DNA from: a virus | Taxonomy: Duplodnaviria; Caudoviricetes | Reading direction: 5' to 3' (one strand) | Virus record (IMG/VR): IMGVR_UViG_3300043443_000316 | Coordinates: 1 to 35,689 of that record | DNA: 35,689 nucleotides | Shown: in pieces, positions 16,404 through 25,590 of the stretch | Position numbering within the stretch: position 1 is the first letter of the stretch | Layout: each line of letters starts with the position of its first letter | Notes under the pieces: model-generated | The model's database searches: none | What the model was told of the DNA's origin: nothing | Seen by the model: only the letters and a program-made list of their open reading frames with translations | Program-made: the position numbers and the translations under genes

Positions 16404-19400
16404 ATGCCGATCACATTCACGCGAGCGGAAACGGTTGAGCCAGGCGACGCGATAACCTCGCGTCAATTGGCATCGCTTGCGGACGCCTTCAACTCGCGGA
16501 TCCGGTCTGGTCTTGGTGACGCAACCTACCGGATTCCGTACTATCTGTTTCAGGCCGCACGTCAGATTCGCAACTCTGACGGCGGCTTTCTGTTTCCCAG
16601 CCAGGGCGAATTCTTCGAGCAGTACCAGAGTTTGGAGCCACAGGATGGCCAATGGCCAAACTCATTCGCTGGCACGCCTGAAGGTGTCAACGTCTCCAAT
16701 CCGCTAGGCGCTTTTGTCTTCGGCAACCAGAGCGCGGACATCGACAACGAGACTGACCGCATTGAGACCGTCGCCTTCCTTGTCAACGGCGCTGCACCTG
16801 CAACGCTCGCGGACTATTGGACGCTCGGTCAGCTCCAGCGCGGAGCGATCGACCCTGACACTGGCGCCATTGCATCACCTGCGCTGGACGCTGCGCGGCT
16901 GCACATGCGGATTGCGTACAGCGTCCGTTCTCCCTACGGCAACAGCTACGGAGGCTTCCAGCCGATCCCAGAGATTGGCGCGACGCCATGCGATCCGGCG
17001 GACGGATTCACGCCGGTCAACTACGAGTACAAATTCACGAGCCTAGTCGACGGATCGGTAGTCACCTACCCCGGATCTTGTCCCGAGGAACCCACGCACG
17101 TCGGATACATCCTGCGCTTGTCGGACTTGTTCGTCGTCGTACTCAACAACGGTGACACGGACTACTACAGGCGCAGCGAGTGGATCGAGGGACCGTACAC
17201 CGGAGGCGGATCGCTTAAGCGGGACGTTGGCGGGCAGCTAGACCGCGCCGTTGACCGGTACACCAAAGATTTCCGCGGCACCGAGGCGCAGCGTGAGCGC
17301 GGATGGAACAAGAACGCGTTCGATTTCCAACGGTTCCTTACGCGGCAGTACAGTCTTGCGCCCAACCGCGGGCAGCAGGTCGGCAACGAGATCACGGCGA
17401 CGTACCCGACCTTCACCTGGACGACCAATCAGGCAAGCGGGACCGTATCAGGCACCGGCCACGCGTTCGCCAGTGGCTACGTCATGGATGCGGTCTACAT
17501 CCGCGCCGACAATGTTGCGGATCCGGTCACGGTCGAGATTCTAGACGACGCCAACAACGTCTTGGCAACCGTCAGCGCTGCGCCTGTTAGTGGCGTAGCG
17601 GAGGCAATCTACTGGCTCCCTAGTCCAGCCACCCCGACAGCAATCAGAGCGCGCCTTGCGGCTCCTCTGCGCTTTGTTGGTGGCACTGGCACGCTGACCG
17701 TCCAGACCACAGAACTGTACCCGTACAAACCCAACGCTTCGGACGCCTACATCTTGCTCCGTGTAGCGTCAGCAAAAACCGGCACCGTCCACGGAAGCGG
17801 TCTGGAGGAGGAGGCGGCGAAGGAAATATGGGACGGATACAAGGCATATGGCTGCATTGTCCCCGGTCCCGGCCTTCCATTTGAGGACGCGGTGATCAAC
17901 TCCAATGCGGTCTACGACGCGTTCCGCAGGATGTCCCAATGCGTCCGCATTCTCTCGCGCAATCAGCTGATCGGGTACGCCCTCGAGGACGGCAAGTCGG
18001 TTCTGTGGTTCGTGCGCCAAAACACCATCCGCGCTGACACGTTCGCGGGCATCGCGCCGGTCAATGGTGTTGGTGGCATCGCGCACACGGCAGAGCCTCG
18101 TGGTTACACAAATGAGTGGATGATGGGCTTTCAGTTTAAAGCTTATCACCCGAGCGAAAGCAGCATCTGGAAACCGTCGGCGTTTTCTGACTACTACACC
18201 TTCAGCGACCGCTGTCACTTCTACCATCCAACATACCCGTCCGATCTGCAGCAGCACTTCGATTACGGTCAGACGCTAAGTCTCAGCCCGGAAGGCGCAC
18301 CTGGCTACCGCTACGCAAAGGGCGTGAACAACTCCGTGGGCGACGTGGACCGCTACAAGTCGTGCCGCATCTACGAGCCCGACATCGAGGTCGAGAGCGC
18401 CGAGGAACTGACCGAGAACGGCGTCGGCGTGGTCAAGGTCACGCTCAAAGGCCGACTGCATTACTCGGACGATGCCGTGTCCTCCATTGACCGCGACGTG
18501 ACCACGTGGGATGTCACCGCGCTGCGCGCCGAAGCTTACAGATCGACCGAGAACGCCATTCGCGAGTATCTGGTTTTCGCGAACACCGGGCAAAACGCAA
18601 TCGCTGGCAAGCCGGGTGACTCTGCGGTCGGGTCAGGCGTTGACTCGCTGGCTGACAATCCATTCGGAACAGTGTTCCCGACGATTGTCATGACCAAGCT
18701 CATGCCGCTTCCGTATCTGGACGGCAACGACGCGCAGAACAGCGTAGACACGCCTCTATTGCACGACACGTTGACCCAGGCCGAGCTTTACCTCCGCGCC
18801 ATGTGTGAAGGCTACATCGACGCCAAAACGTCCGAGGAATACGCATGCTCGTCCGGGATCTCGTCATGGTATGACTACACGTTTACCAACCTATGTTTCG
18901 ACGCGTTCCAAGGCCAATGGATTAGCCCACTGGCATCTGAGGCCACAGGGTACACGAGAACCAAAGACACGCGCAGCGATTCACCGCAAAGCTTTGGTCC
19001 GTGGCCGAACACGCTGATCAGCGCGGAAATTTGGAACCAGTTCGCGACGGCAGTCAACCTGTTGACCCGCGTCAGGGTCATGCTGCCGATGAAGTTCGAA
19101 GCAGAAAGCCGCTCGGACACGTACTCGTCATTCCAGACCAGAAACGCTACCAACTCAATCGGCACGGCTGCGGATTGCTCAAGCCCGACCGGCACGGGTT
19201 GGTATGCGAGCGTTGACGTTCCAACTACGATCCCGACTACGGTATCAAGCCCAAGAGCGACTGCAATCAACGCGAGTGCGGTCAATCGTGTCGGCTATGA
19301 AACCAGTGGTGGCGCTTATGTCTGCAGCGGTGCGGCCTTCGCATTTGAGCAGTTTGTCCAACAGGACGACTACTGGCTAGACTTGGTTGACCCAGACGCA

Positions 19401-19784
19401 GAAAACGCAATCCCTGAAGGTTGGCGTGGGCAGTTCAACGCGGACGGCGAGATGTTGTTCACGGTCACCACGACTGAGGTTTTCGATCGCGCAACGGTCG
19501 TCGCCGCCGGCGCTGGATCCGATTGTGCAGGGTTGACGGCCTACCCGCTGGCGTCAGGGCAGGAGTGGCTTGTGGAGACCATCACGCAGACGACCAGCAC
19601 ATGCGAAATCCTGCCGATGCAGGGCACTGTTGAGATGCCGGAATTGGGCACGGTTACCGTGTTTGGTGCGCTGAGGTCTGGCACTGTCTGCACTGCGTCT
19701 ACGGATATCAGCCGCGCAATTGAGCGAGTGACAACCGACGCGTTCATGTTGCCGGTGGCGCTGGTCGACTACGCAGGTGAGTAA
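16404..19784 (+). CDS. Large tail tip/baseplate/adsorption protein
   Basis: 1126-aa ORF at the end of the tail module; beta-rich, Cys-containing C-terminal part. Confidence 0.6.
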   Translation: MPITFTRAETVEPGDAITSRQLASLADAFNSRIRSGLGDATYRIPYYLFQAARQIRNSDGGFLFPSQGEFFEQYQSLEPQDGQWPNSFAGTPEGVNVSNPLGAFVFGNQSADIDNETDRIETVAFLVNGAAPATLADYWTLGQLQRGAIDPDTGAIASPALDAARLHMRIAYSVRSPYGNSYGGFQPIPEIGATPCDPADGFTPVNYEYKFTSLVDGSVVTYPGSCPEEPTHVGYILRLSDLFVVVLNNGDTDYYRRSEWIEGPYTGGGSLKRDVGGQLDRAVDRYTKDFRGTEAQRERGWNKNAFDFQRFLTRQYSLAPNRGQQVGNEITATYPTFTWTTNQASGTVSGTGHAFASGYVMDAVYIRADNVADPVTVEILDDANNVLATVSAAPVSGVAEAIYWLPSPATPTAIRARLAAPLRFVGGTGTLTVQTTELYPYKPNASDAYILLRVASAKTGTVHGSGLEEEAAKEIWDGYKAYGCIVPGPGLPFEDAVINSNAVYDAFRRMSQCVRILSRNQLIGYALEDGKSVLWFVRQNTIRADTFAGIAPVNGVGGIAHTAEPRGYTNEWMMGFQFKAYHPSESSIWKPSAFSDYYTFSDRCHFYHPTYPSDLQQHFDYGQTLSLSPEGAPGYRYAKGVNNSVGDVDRYKSCRIYEPDIEVESAEELTENGVGVVKVTLKGRLHYSDDAVSSIDRDVTTWDVTALRAEAYRSTENAIREYLVFANTGQNAIAGKPGDSAVGSGVDSLADNPFGTVFPTIVMTKLMPLPYLDGNDAQNSVDTPLLHDTLTQAELYLRAMCEGYIDAKTSEEYACSSGISSWYDYTFTNLCFDAFQGQWISPLASEATGYTRTKDTRSDSPQSFGPWPNTLISAEIWNQFATAVNLLTRVRVMLPMKFEAESRSDTYSSFQTRNATNSIGTAADCSSPTGTGWYASVDVPTTIPTTVSSPRATAINASAVNRVGYETSGGAYVCSGAAFAFEQFVQQDDYWLDLVDPDAENAIPEGWRGQFNADGEMLFTVTTTEVFDRATVVAAGAGSDCAGLTAYPLASGQEWLVETITQTTSTCEILPMQGTVEMPELGTVTVFGALRSGTVCTASTDISRAIERVTTDAFMLPVALVDYAGE

Positions 19785-19803
19785 AAAGTCTTTTGCATAT
19801 GTG

Positions 19804-19832
19804 TTGACGTATGGCGCGGAATGTCGCATTGT
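19804..19832 (+). promoter_or_regulatory. Sigma70-type promoter, probably leaderless
   Basis: TTGACG-17bp-CATTGT, then 6 nt to ATG at 19839. Confidence 0.55.
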
Positions 19833-19838
19833 CACGGC

Positions 19839-20222
19839 ATGACGAACGCGAAATTGATCAAGTGCCTGGGAACTGATGACTCGGTGAATTCCTGCGATTG
19901 CTGCGGAAGGTCTGAACTCAAGGCAACGGTTGCTTTTGAGACTGAATCCGGTGAGGTGGTTTATTTCGGAGTCGTGTGCGCGGCTAAGGCTTCTGGAAAG
20001 TCTTCGGCTTTGATCCGGGCCGAAGCCCGGGTTGCTGATGATGCCAAGGTTTCAGCGGCTCGTGTTGCGGCTGAAAAAGAGCACGCTGTTCGGCAAGAAA
20101 AGTGGGTTGCATACCTGATCAATGCGACAGGGGGAATTTTCAACGGAAATGTGCCTGACGTTTTCAGAATGATTCAGGCTCTGGGCGGATACCAAAAGGC
20201 AACGCAAGGTTTCAGCAAGTGA
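19839..20222 (+). CDS. Hypothetical Cys-motif (Zn-binding-like) protein, moron gene 1
   Basis: CDCCGR...YFGVVCA motif; has its own promoter. Confidence 0.6.
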   Translation: MTNAKLIKCLGTDDSVNSCDCCGRSELKATVAFETESGEVVYFGVVCAAKASGKSSALIRAEARVADDAKVSAARVAAEKEHAVRQEKWVAYLINATGGIFNGNVPDVFRMIQALGGYQKATQGFSK

Positions 20223-20662
20223 GAGCGGAAATGAGCACCACCCACCGCAAAAACGGCACCTTCCGAAAAGGCCACTCGATCCGCCAGAAGGGCGACCGTC
20301 CCGCAGACGGTCATCTACATATCCGCGTGCCGATGGAGACCAAGGGCCGATGGGTCGAGACGTCCCGTGCCGCTGGGTTGCCGCTTTCGGAGTGGGTGAC
20401 GCGTGTTTTGGATGATGCCAGCAAACACAGGCCAAAAATGAGTTGGATCGCTCAAAAAGACGAGCGCGGGAATACGATCTACAGCTTGGTTGCGGAAAAC
20501 TTCCTTGGCAGAAGGTGGATTCTTCTGCGAACGCGCAACGGGGACGACAGGCAAAATCTCCTGCCCAATTCCGAAGCTCTCAGGCTGCGGCTTGAAAACC
20601 CAACCGATGAGGACCTGAAGATGCGCATTCAGAACCCGGCAGACGGTTGGGCCCCTGCATGA
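20219..20662 (+). CDS. Ribbon-helix-helix DNA-binding protein, moron gene 2
   Basis: HLHIRVPMETKGRWVETSRAAGLPLSEWVTRVLD is an RHH (HicB/CopG-like) pattern; start could be 20231. Confidence 0.55.
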   Translation: MRAEMSTTHRKNGTFRKGHSIRQKGDRPADGHLHIRVPMETKGRWVETSRAAGLPLSEWVTRVLDDASKHRPKMSWIAQKDERGNTIYSLVAENFLGRRWILLRTRNGDDRQNLLPNSEALRLRLENPTDEDLKMRIQNPADGWAPA

Positions 20663-20880
20663 CCTTCCGCGTTACAGGCCGCGTCCGCATGCCGCAGGGA
20701 GTAGCCGTAACCGCAACCCGTCGAGTGATCGGCCCGTCCCGCGAGATGTGCGGAGCGTGCGAATGGTTCCAGGCATCCGTGTCCAGGTGCTGCCATCCAC
20801 GCAACGGATGCCCGCGTGGCGGTCACAGGATCCGACCGTGGGAGCATCCGCAGGAGTGTCCGGTTTCTAGAAGGTCTTAA
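20659..20880 (+). CDS. Small Cys-rich protein ending the late operon
   Basis: CGAC...CC....GC...ECP pattern; ATGA overlap. Confidence 0.5.
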   Translation: MTFRVTGRVRMPQGVAVTATRRVIGPSREMCGACEWFQASVSRCCHPRNGCPRGGHRIRPWEHPQECPVSRRS

Positions 20881-20882
20881 GG

Positions 20883-21015
20883 GGATCATCCCGAAATTTG
20901 TTTCGGGATCATCCGCCGTGAAGCCTCCATCATCTTTTAGCTGGCGTCCCAGGTGCGGTACACAACGCAGGATCGACGCCTTGACTCGGGCAATTTGCGG
21001 ACGGGGAATGATCCC
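20883..21015. ncRNA. Putative structured RNA/DNA element at the late-early boundary
   Basis: 20905-20919 pairs with 21001-21015 (13/15); inner stems GGCGTC/GACGCC and TGCG/CGCA; alternative hairpin 20883-20914. Confidence 0.4.
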
Positions 21016-21021
21016 ACCCAA

Positions 21022-21057
21022 TTGCACCCGCGCAACTCCAATCTTGCGTCCGCGCAA
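21022..21057. promoter_or_regulatory. Operator pair TTGC-N6-GCAA overlapping the promoter of the Cro-like gene
   Basis: TTGCACCCGCGCAA (21022-21035) and TTGCGTCCGCGCAA (21044-21057); TTGCGT-17bp-CATGGT-6nt-ATG. Confidence 0.65.
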
Positions 21058-21078
21058 TCCGGTCTGCATGGTCCGCCC

Positions 21079-21279
21079 ATGCATGATTTCAAGCGCGAGT
21101 TGCGCGCAATCCGCGATCGGTTGGCGAAACAGGATGTGAGCATCCAGGACTGGGCAAGCGCTGCGGACGTGAGCCACACCACGCTTTGGCGAATCCTTGA
21201 GCGCGGGCAGACTCCGAGCGTCAGCACGTACCAAGCGTTGATTTGTGCCGAAAAGAAATTTGCGCCGATGCAAAAATAG
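21079..21279 (+). CDS. Cro/XRE-family HTH regulator
   Basis: VSIQDWASAADVSHTTLWRILERGQTPSVST HTH_3 pattern; 66 aa with no peptidase domain. Confidence 0.8.
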   Translation: MHDFKRELRAIRDRLAKQDVSIQDWASAADVSHTTLWRILERGQTPSVSTYQALICAEKKFAPMQK

Positions 21280-21296
21280 CGGTTGCGTCCGCGCAA
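21260..21296. promoter_or_regulatory. Second operator pair TTGC-N6-GCAA upstream of the early operon
   Basis: TTGCGCCGATGCAA (21260-21273) and TTGCGTCCGCGCAA (21283-21296, identical to 21044-21057). Confidence 0.65.
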
Positions 21297-21347
21297 AATG
21301 CGTGGCCTACTGCGCATGTCGAAAGCGAAACCACTACTGACGAGAAT

Positions 21348-21596
21348 ATGTCTACGAGCTACGAAATCACTCAAAGCGAATCCAAAAAGTGGACCGCTGA
21401 CGAATTGCTGGCTGGCGTGGCAGAATCACCTGCTAAAGAGCGCATGGGTTTTCGGTATTGTGTGATTGCCGACGGTGCCACTTATCGGTTGAACACAAAG
21501 CGCGCACTTGAGCGGGAACTTTCCTGCATCCTTTCAAAGGCTCCCAAGGTTTTCCGAAATTTTGATAAGGGTATCACCATCGATTTTGACGTGTAA
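21348..21596 (+). CDS. Hypothetical protein
   Basis: First ORF after the operator pair; ATG 21348. Confidence 0.55.
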   Translation: MSTSYEITQSESKKWTADELLAGVAESPAKERMGFRYCVIADGATYRLNTKRALERELSCILSKAPKVFRNFDKGITIDFDV

Positions 21597-21620
21597 CCCA
21601 AACACCGATTCATCAGCACC

Positions 21621-21803
21621 ATGAGCAACACCTTAGCAGTGATCCTGCTGTCCGTTCTGGCAGGAGTTTCAATCTGGGCGCAGTGGTGCGCCATTCGCAG
21701 GGCCGAGGACTTGGCTTGCAAGCTGGCGGCTATGAAGAACGAGGCCAAACGCCTGTACGACGAAAACATGCGCCTACGCGCCGAACTGGAGTCGAAGCGA
21801 TGA
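21621..21803 (+). CDS. Small membrane-anchored coiled-coil protein
   Basis: N-terminal TM helix then coiled coil. Confidence 0.55.
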   Translation: MSNTLAVILLSVLAGVSIWAQWCAIRRAEDLACKLAAMKNEAKRLYDENMRLRAELESKR

Positions 21804-21943
21804 ATCCCCCCGCCCATATCGCAGCCATTTGCACGCTGCTCTTTATTTTCGGGTGCCTGACGCTGGGCACTCTATTTGAGAAAAAGCGCAACACGCGCCG
21901 AAACAGCCTGCGTAAGTGGCTGAAAATCACACGGATCAAGTAA
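21800..21943 (+). CDS. Small membrane protein
   Basis: ATGA overlap; TM segment with basic tail. Confidence 0.5.
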   Translation: MNPPAHIAAICTLLFIFGCLTLGTLFEKKRNTRRNSLRKWLKITRIK

Positions 21944-21945
21944 CC

Positions 21946-22872
21946 ATGAGCACAAACGCACTAACAACGCAGCAGCCGCCGACCAAGCAGATCGTTCCAA
22001 TCGGCAACCGAGGCATTGCACCGTCCAGCATGGATGACCTGTACAGGTTCGCCACTGCGGTGTCCAAGTCAGGTCTCGCGCCAAAAGGGATCGAAACGCC
22101 AGAAGCGATCTTCGTCGCGCTGGAGATGGGGCTGGAGGTTGGCTTACCGATGATGGCAGCACTCCAAAACATCGCGGTCATCAACGGTCGTCCTGCGATC
22201 TGGGGCGACGCCCAGCTTGCGGTTGTCCGCAGCACTGGAGAACTGGCGCTGTTTGAGGAGTGGTACGAGGAGAAGGGCAAGCGACTCACGCGCAACCCGA
22301 TGGCATTTAGCGACGAAACCGCTGCCGTGTGCCGCGTCCAGCGCCAAGGCTACGAGCCTGCCGAGACTGCGTTCTCCGTGTCCGACGCCAAGCGCGCCAA
22401 TCTGTGGGGCAAGGCGGGTCCGTGGAGCCAGTATCCTGCGCGGATGCTGAAGCACAGGGCGCGGTCGTTTGCGCTGCGCGATCAATTCGGGGACGCGCTC
22501 CGAGGCCTTCGCACCGTTGAGGAGGTCCAGGACGATCCGGTGGCTACGGCGAGGAACGTCACGCCTCCGATGTTTGCCGCCCCGGCGCCGGAACCTGAGG
22601 TTGCACCCGAACCCGCACCGGTTGCAGAGGTCGCGCAGGAAACCGCCCAGCCGTCCGATCTGGATATGCGCCGTCAGGCAATCGCCGAGGCTTTTATTGA
22701 GGTTGGGGTGAGTTTTCATTTGTTCCGCCAGTGGATGGTTGAGGTCCGCAAGATCGACGTCGCTGCCGACTCGTTTGCCGAACTCGACGAGGCTCTGGTT
22801 GGGCGCATCGCGGACAATTTGGGTCCGATCGTGTCCAAGGCTAAGAAGTGGGTCGAAGGAGGTGGGAAGTGA
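21946..22872 (+). CDS. RecT/Redbeta-like single-strand annealing recombinase
   Basis: SGLAPKG, GLEVGL..MAALQNIAVINGRP, DAKRANLW..GPWSQYPARML..RA..FALRD.F motifs. Confidence 0.85.
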   Translation: MSTNALTTQQPPTKQIVPIGNRGIAPSSMDDLYRFATAVSKSGLAPKGIETPEAIFVALEMGLEVGLPMMAALQNIAVINGRPAIWGDAQLAVVRSTGELALFEEWYEEKGKRLTRNPMAFSDETAAVCRVQRQGYEPAETAFSVSDAKRANLWGKAGPWSQYPARMLKHRARSFALRDQFGDALRGLRTVEEVQDDPVATARNVTPPMFAAPAPEPEVAPEPAPVAEVAQETAQPSDLDMRRQAIAEAFIEVGVSFHLFRQWMVEVRKIDVAADSFAELDEALVGRIADNLGPIVSKAKKWVEGGGK

Positions 22873-23285
22873 GCGAACTCACCGTACAGGAGGCTGCCCT
22901 CGCGTGGGCGCAGGGGAAAAAAGTTCGTGCGACAGCAGTCGAAAGCGGAATAGGTGGTTTGATTTCGACCGTCGGCACTCGTGACGGCACTTGGAGTGCA
23001 GATGTGTTTGGAAAACCATATGGAACATACACATTCCGCCTCGCCCCCGAACCGACTGCGAAGAAGTGGCGTCCGTGGACTGCGGAGGAGGTGCCGTTCG
23101 GTGCATTGCTCCGGACAAAGGGAGGGCATGTCATCCACATGATTGTGGCCTTCAGTACGGCACTAAAGGAGGTCTATGCGGGCCAGGGTTGGAAGGGTGA
23201 CGTAGAATATTGTCTTGAGAACGCTGAACACTCACTCGACAACGGCAAAACTTGGCTCCCCTGCGGAGTGGAGGTAACGGAATGA
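22869..23285 (+). CDS. Hypothetical phage protein
   Basis: GTGA overlap; WRPWT.EEVP and DNGKTWLPCG motifs. Confidence 0.6.
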   Translation: MSELTVQEAALAWAQGKKVRATAVESGIGGLISTVGTRDGTWSADVFGKPYGTYTFRLAPEPTAKKWRPWTAEEVPFGALLRTKGGHVIHMIVAFSTALKEVYAGQGWKGDVEYCLENAEHSLDNGKTWLPCGVEVTE

Positions 23286-23647
23286 ACGCTCAAGACCGCA
23301 TCGACGAACTGAAACGCGTTATCTGCGCGCAGGTGCCGATCCTGATCGACGATGCGCGGGACAACATTACCGAGGCCATTAACGCAATCATGGAGGAGGT
23401 GCAGGAGAACGAAGGGGATGGCAAGGCTGTGCTGTCGCTGGCCATCACCGCGAAGTGGGACCTCGACGGATCCGCCGTCGTTGTATCCATGCCGGTGAAC
23501 GTCCGACGCAAATTCACGGTGACTGCCAGCATGGATGACCCAAATCAACCCAGCCTTCCGCTCGATCCGCTCCGGGAAGAGGACCGGTTGGCCGTAGAGC
23601 AAGTCAAAGCCATGCACGCCGCAAGAATGAGAGGCAACCATGAGTGA
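23282..23647 (+). CDS. Hypothetical protein
   Basis: Coupled overlap with GGAGG SD; acidic, DPNQPSLP motif. Confidence 0.6.
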   Translation: MNAQDRIDELKRVICAQVPILIDDARDNITEAINAIMEEVQENEGDGKAVLSLAITAKWDLDGSAVVVSMPVNVRRKFTVTASMDDPNQPSLPLDPLREEDRLAVEQVKAMHAARMRGNHE

Positions 23648-24722
23648 CGAGCGCAACAACAAGCCTTCCGCTTCGTCAATGGAGCGGTACCAACTCTGCC
23701 CTGGCTCATGGCAGGCCGAGCAGGGCATCCCGGATCAGACCTCGGACGACGCTGCGACCGGCAACCGCATCCACGCATGGCTGGCTGGTGAGACTATGAC
23801 CGTGCCGCTTACCTCGGACGAGGTAGACCTCGCGCTGCGGTGCCGCGAGCAAGAGGAGACAATCCTCAACACCGTACTGCCGTACCGAGACGAGATTGTC
23901 CGCGAGCATCGGTATTGGATGGCTCAGGACTGGTCTGGCAAGCCCGACGTGGTGGCCATTGACAGTCTGTCGGGTGACGGAGTGGTGATCGACTACAAGA
24001 CCGGTCGTGGCGAGGTGACGAGCGCCGAGGGCAACCTGCAGCTCCGTGCGCTGGCCGTGCTGGTCGGTATTCATCACGGGTTGACCAAGGTGACGGTTGC
24101 GATTGTCCAGCCGCTGGCAGGTGCTCCGACGATTTGCGAGTACTCGTTTGAAGACCTAATCGTGGCGCGGTTTGAGATCGGTCGGATTGTCGACCGCATA
24201 AACGCGCCAAATGCGCCGAGGATTCCGTCTGCAGACGCCTGCAAATACTGCAAGGCCAAGCCCTATTGCGTTGAGGCTAGGGAAGCCTCGGTGGCGCTGC
24301 CGGTCGCGGCCATGCCTGCAGGAACGACGGCGGACGCGATTGCGGCAACGCTGACCTCGCAGACGCTGGCTGAGTTTCTTGAGCGCGCAGACTTCGCGAC
24401 TCGCGTCATCGATGCCTGCAAGGCTGAGGCGAAGCGACGGTTGGAATCCGGCGACGTTGTGCCTGGGTGGACGCTCAAACCCGGAAGCGAGCGTGAGACG
24501 ATCACGGATGCGACGACCGTCTTCAACCGCACCGCTGCGCTAGGAGTAAATTCCGAGGCGTTCATGGGTTGCGTCTCAATCGCCAATGGCAAGCTCAAGG
24601 ATGCGGTGAAGGCCGCGACCCGAGAGAAGGGTAAGGCGCTCGATGCTCGCCTAGAGTCGATCCTTGCTGGATGCACAGAAACCAAAGCGACCGCACCGTC
24701 GCTGGTAAAACTTTCCTCCTGA
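23640..24722 (+). CDS. PD-(D/E)XK Cas4-like exonuclease (DUF2800-type)
   Basis: SASS....CPGS, G..IH, GKPD, VIDYKTG, QL...A and CKYC....C motifs. Confidence 0.85.
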   Translation: MSDERNNKPSASSMERYQLCPGSWQAEQGIPDQTSDDAATGNRIHAWLAGETMTVPLTSDEVDLALRCREQEETILNTVLPYRDEIVREHRYWMAQDWSGKPDVVAIDSLSGDGVVIDYKTGRGEVTSAEGNLQLRALAVLVGIHHGLTKVTVAIVQPLAGAPTICEYSFEDLIVARFEIGRIVDRINAPNAPRIPSADACKYCKAKPYCVEAREASVALPVAAMPAGTTADAIAATLTSQTLAEFLERADFATRVIDACKAEAKRRLESGDVVPGWTLKPGSERETITDATTVFNRTAALGVNSEAFMGCVSIANGKLKDAVKAATREKGKALDARLESILAGCTETKATAPSLVKLSS

Positions 24723-24731
24723 GTGGGAGGT

Positions 24732-24783
24732 TCCTGCCGCTGATCCGAACTCAAGGACCGGCGAGGCGGCGGGATTTTAATTT
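24732..24783 (+). terminator. Possible terminator hairpin
   Basis: TCCTGCCGC/GCGGCGGGA stem with a large loop, followed by TTTTAATTT. Confidence 0.45.
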
Positions 24784-24809
24784 GATTGGCCTGCTGGAGT
24801 GAGTGGACT

Positions 24810-25139
24810 ATGAGCGACGAGGAAATCAACAGAGCGATTGCGGAGCACTTGGGGTGGAGGTGTCAAAGCCATGTTCCCGAGCAAAACAAAGCCGGAGCAA
24901 CCATGTGTTGGATACCGCCCGGACAACACGAATGGCATCCCGTGCAGATCCCCAACTACTGCGGCGACCTGAACGCGATGCATGAGGCGGAGAAGGTGCT
25001 GACCAAGAAAGACCTTTGGGAAATGACTATGCAGCTTTGCAATATTGTTTACGGGGATGTTCCGCTCGCACACGCCACCGCTCCCCAACGCGCCGAGGCG
25101 TTTCTGCGGACGGTTGGAAAGTGGAGGGGTGAGGAATGA
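24810..25139 (+). CDS. Phage ABA-sandwich-like protein
   Basis: INRAIAEHLGW...PNYCGDLNAMHEAE...ATAPQRAEAFL pattern. Confidence 0.6.
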   Translation: MSDEEINRAIAEHLGWRCQSHVPEQNKAGATMCWIPPGQHEWHPVQIPNYCGDLNAMHEAEKVLTKKDLWEMTMQLCNIVYGDVPLAHATAPQRAEAFLRTVGKWRGEE

Positions 25140-25354
25140 AAACCTATACGGTATCAGTTAAGGAGGAGGTTACGGGTTGGCGTGTGGCGTTGAGGGGTTA
25201 TAGGAAGAGCAAGGATGAGGTGATGAAGATTGCGTGGGAATTCAGCCAACGTGCGACGTTGTGCGATGTGGTGGTGGACTGTGGTGGAAAGCATGTTGTG
25301 ACCTACCGAGATGGGCGGATTAAGGAGTTGAATGGGAAAGGGGTGAAGTTGTGA
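25136..25354 (+). CDS. Hypothetical protein
   Basis: Coupled overlaps on both sides. Confidence 0.5.
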   Translation: MKTYTVSVKEEVTGWRVALRGYRKSKDEVMKIAWEFSQRATLCDVVVDCGGKHVVTYRDGRIKELNGKGVKL

Positions 25355-25590
25355 ACAAGTGTGGCTATTGCGGGATGAATGTGCGAACTGATAACCCTGT
25401 GGAGTTTTGGTGTGGGAGTGTTGGGAGTGTGTATAGGAGCAAGGAGTGCATGGGGAATGAGATTGGCCTGCTGAAGGAACATGTGAGGCGGCTGGAGAAG
25501 GCGGGGGATGCAGCGATTCACGAGGCGTCTCACGGTCGAGAAAGTGACGCGTTGGAGGTTTGGAACCAAGCCAAGGAGGCAAAGCGATGA
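25351..25590 (+). CDS. Array gene 1: Cys-motif domain plus LEKAGD...W.QAKEAK tail
   Basis: Paralogous to 25587-25937. Confidence 0.65.
   Translation: MNKCGYCGMNVRTDNPVEFWCGSVGSVYRSKECMGNEIGLLKEHVRRLEKAGDAAIHEASHGRESDALEVWNQAKEAKR

Noticed and set aside
20949-20971. SRP (4.5S) RNA domain IV resemblance (CCAGGT...GCAGG)
   Set aside because: Lacks the GNRA/GGAA tetraloop and the exact AGCAG spacing; resemblance is too loose
23640-24722. Cas4 as evidence of a CRISPR system
   Set aside because: DUF2800-type phage exonuclease in a recombination module next to RecT; no other cas genes
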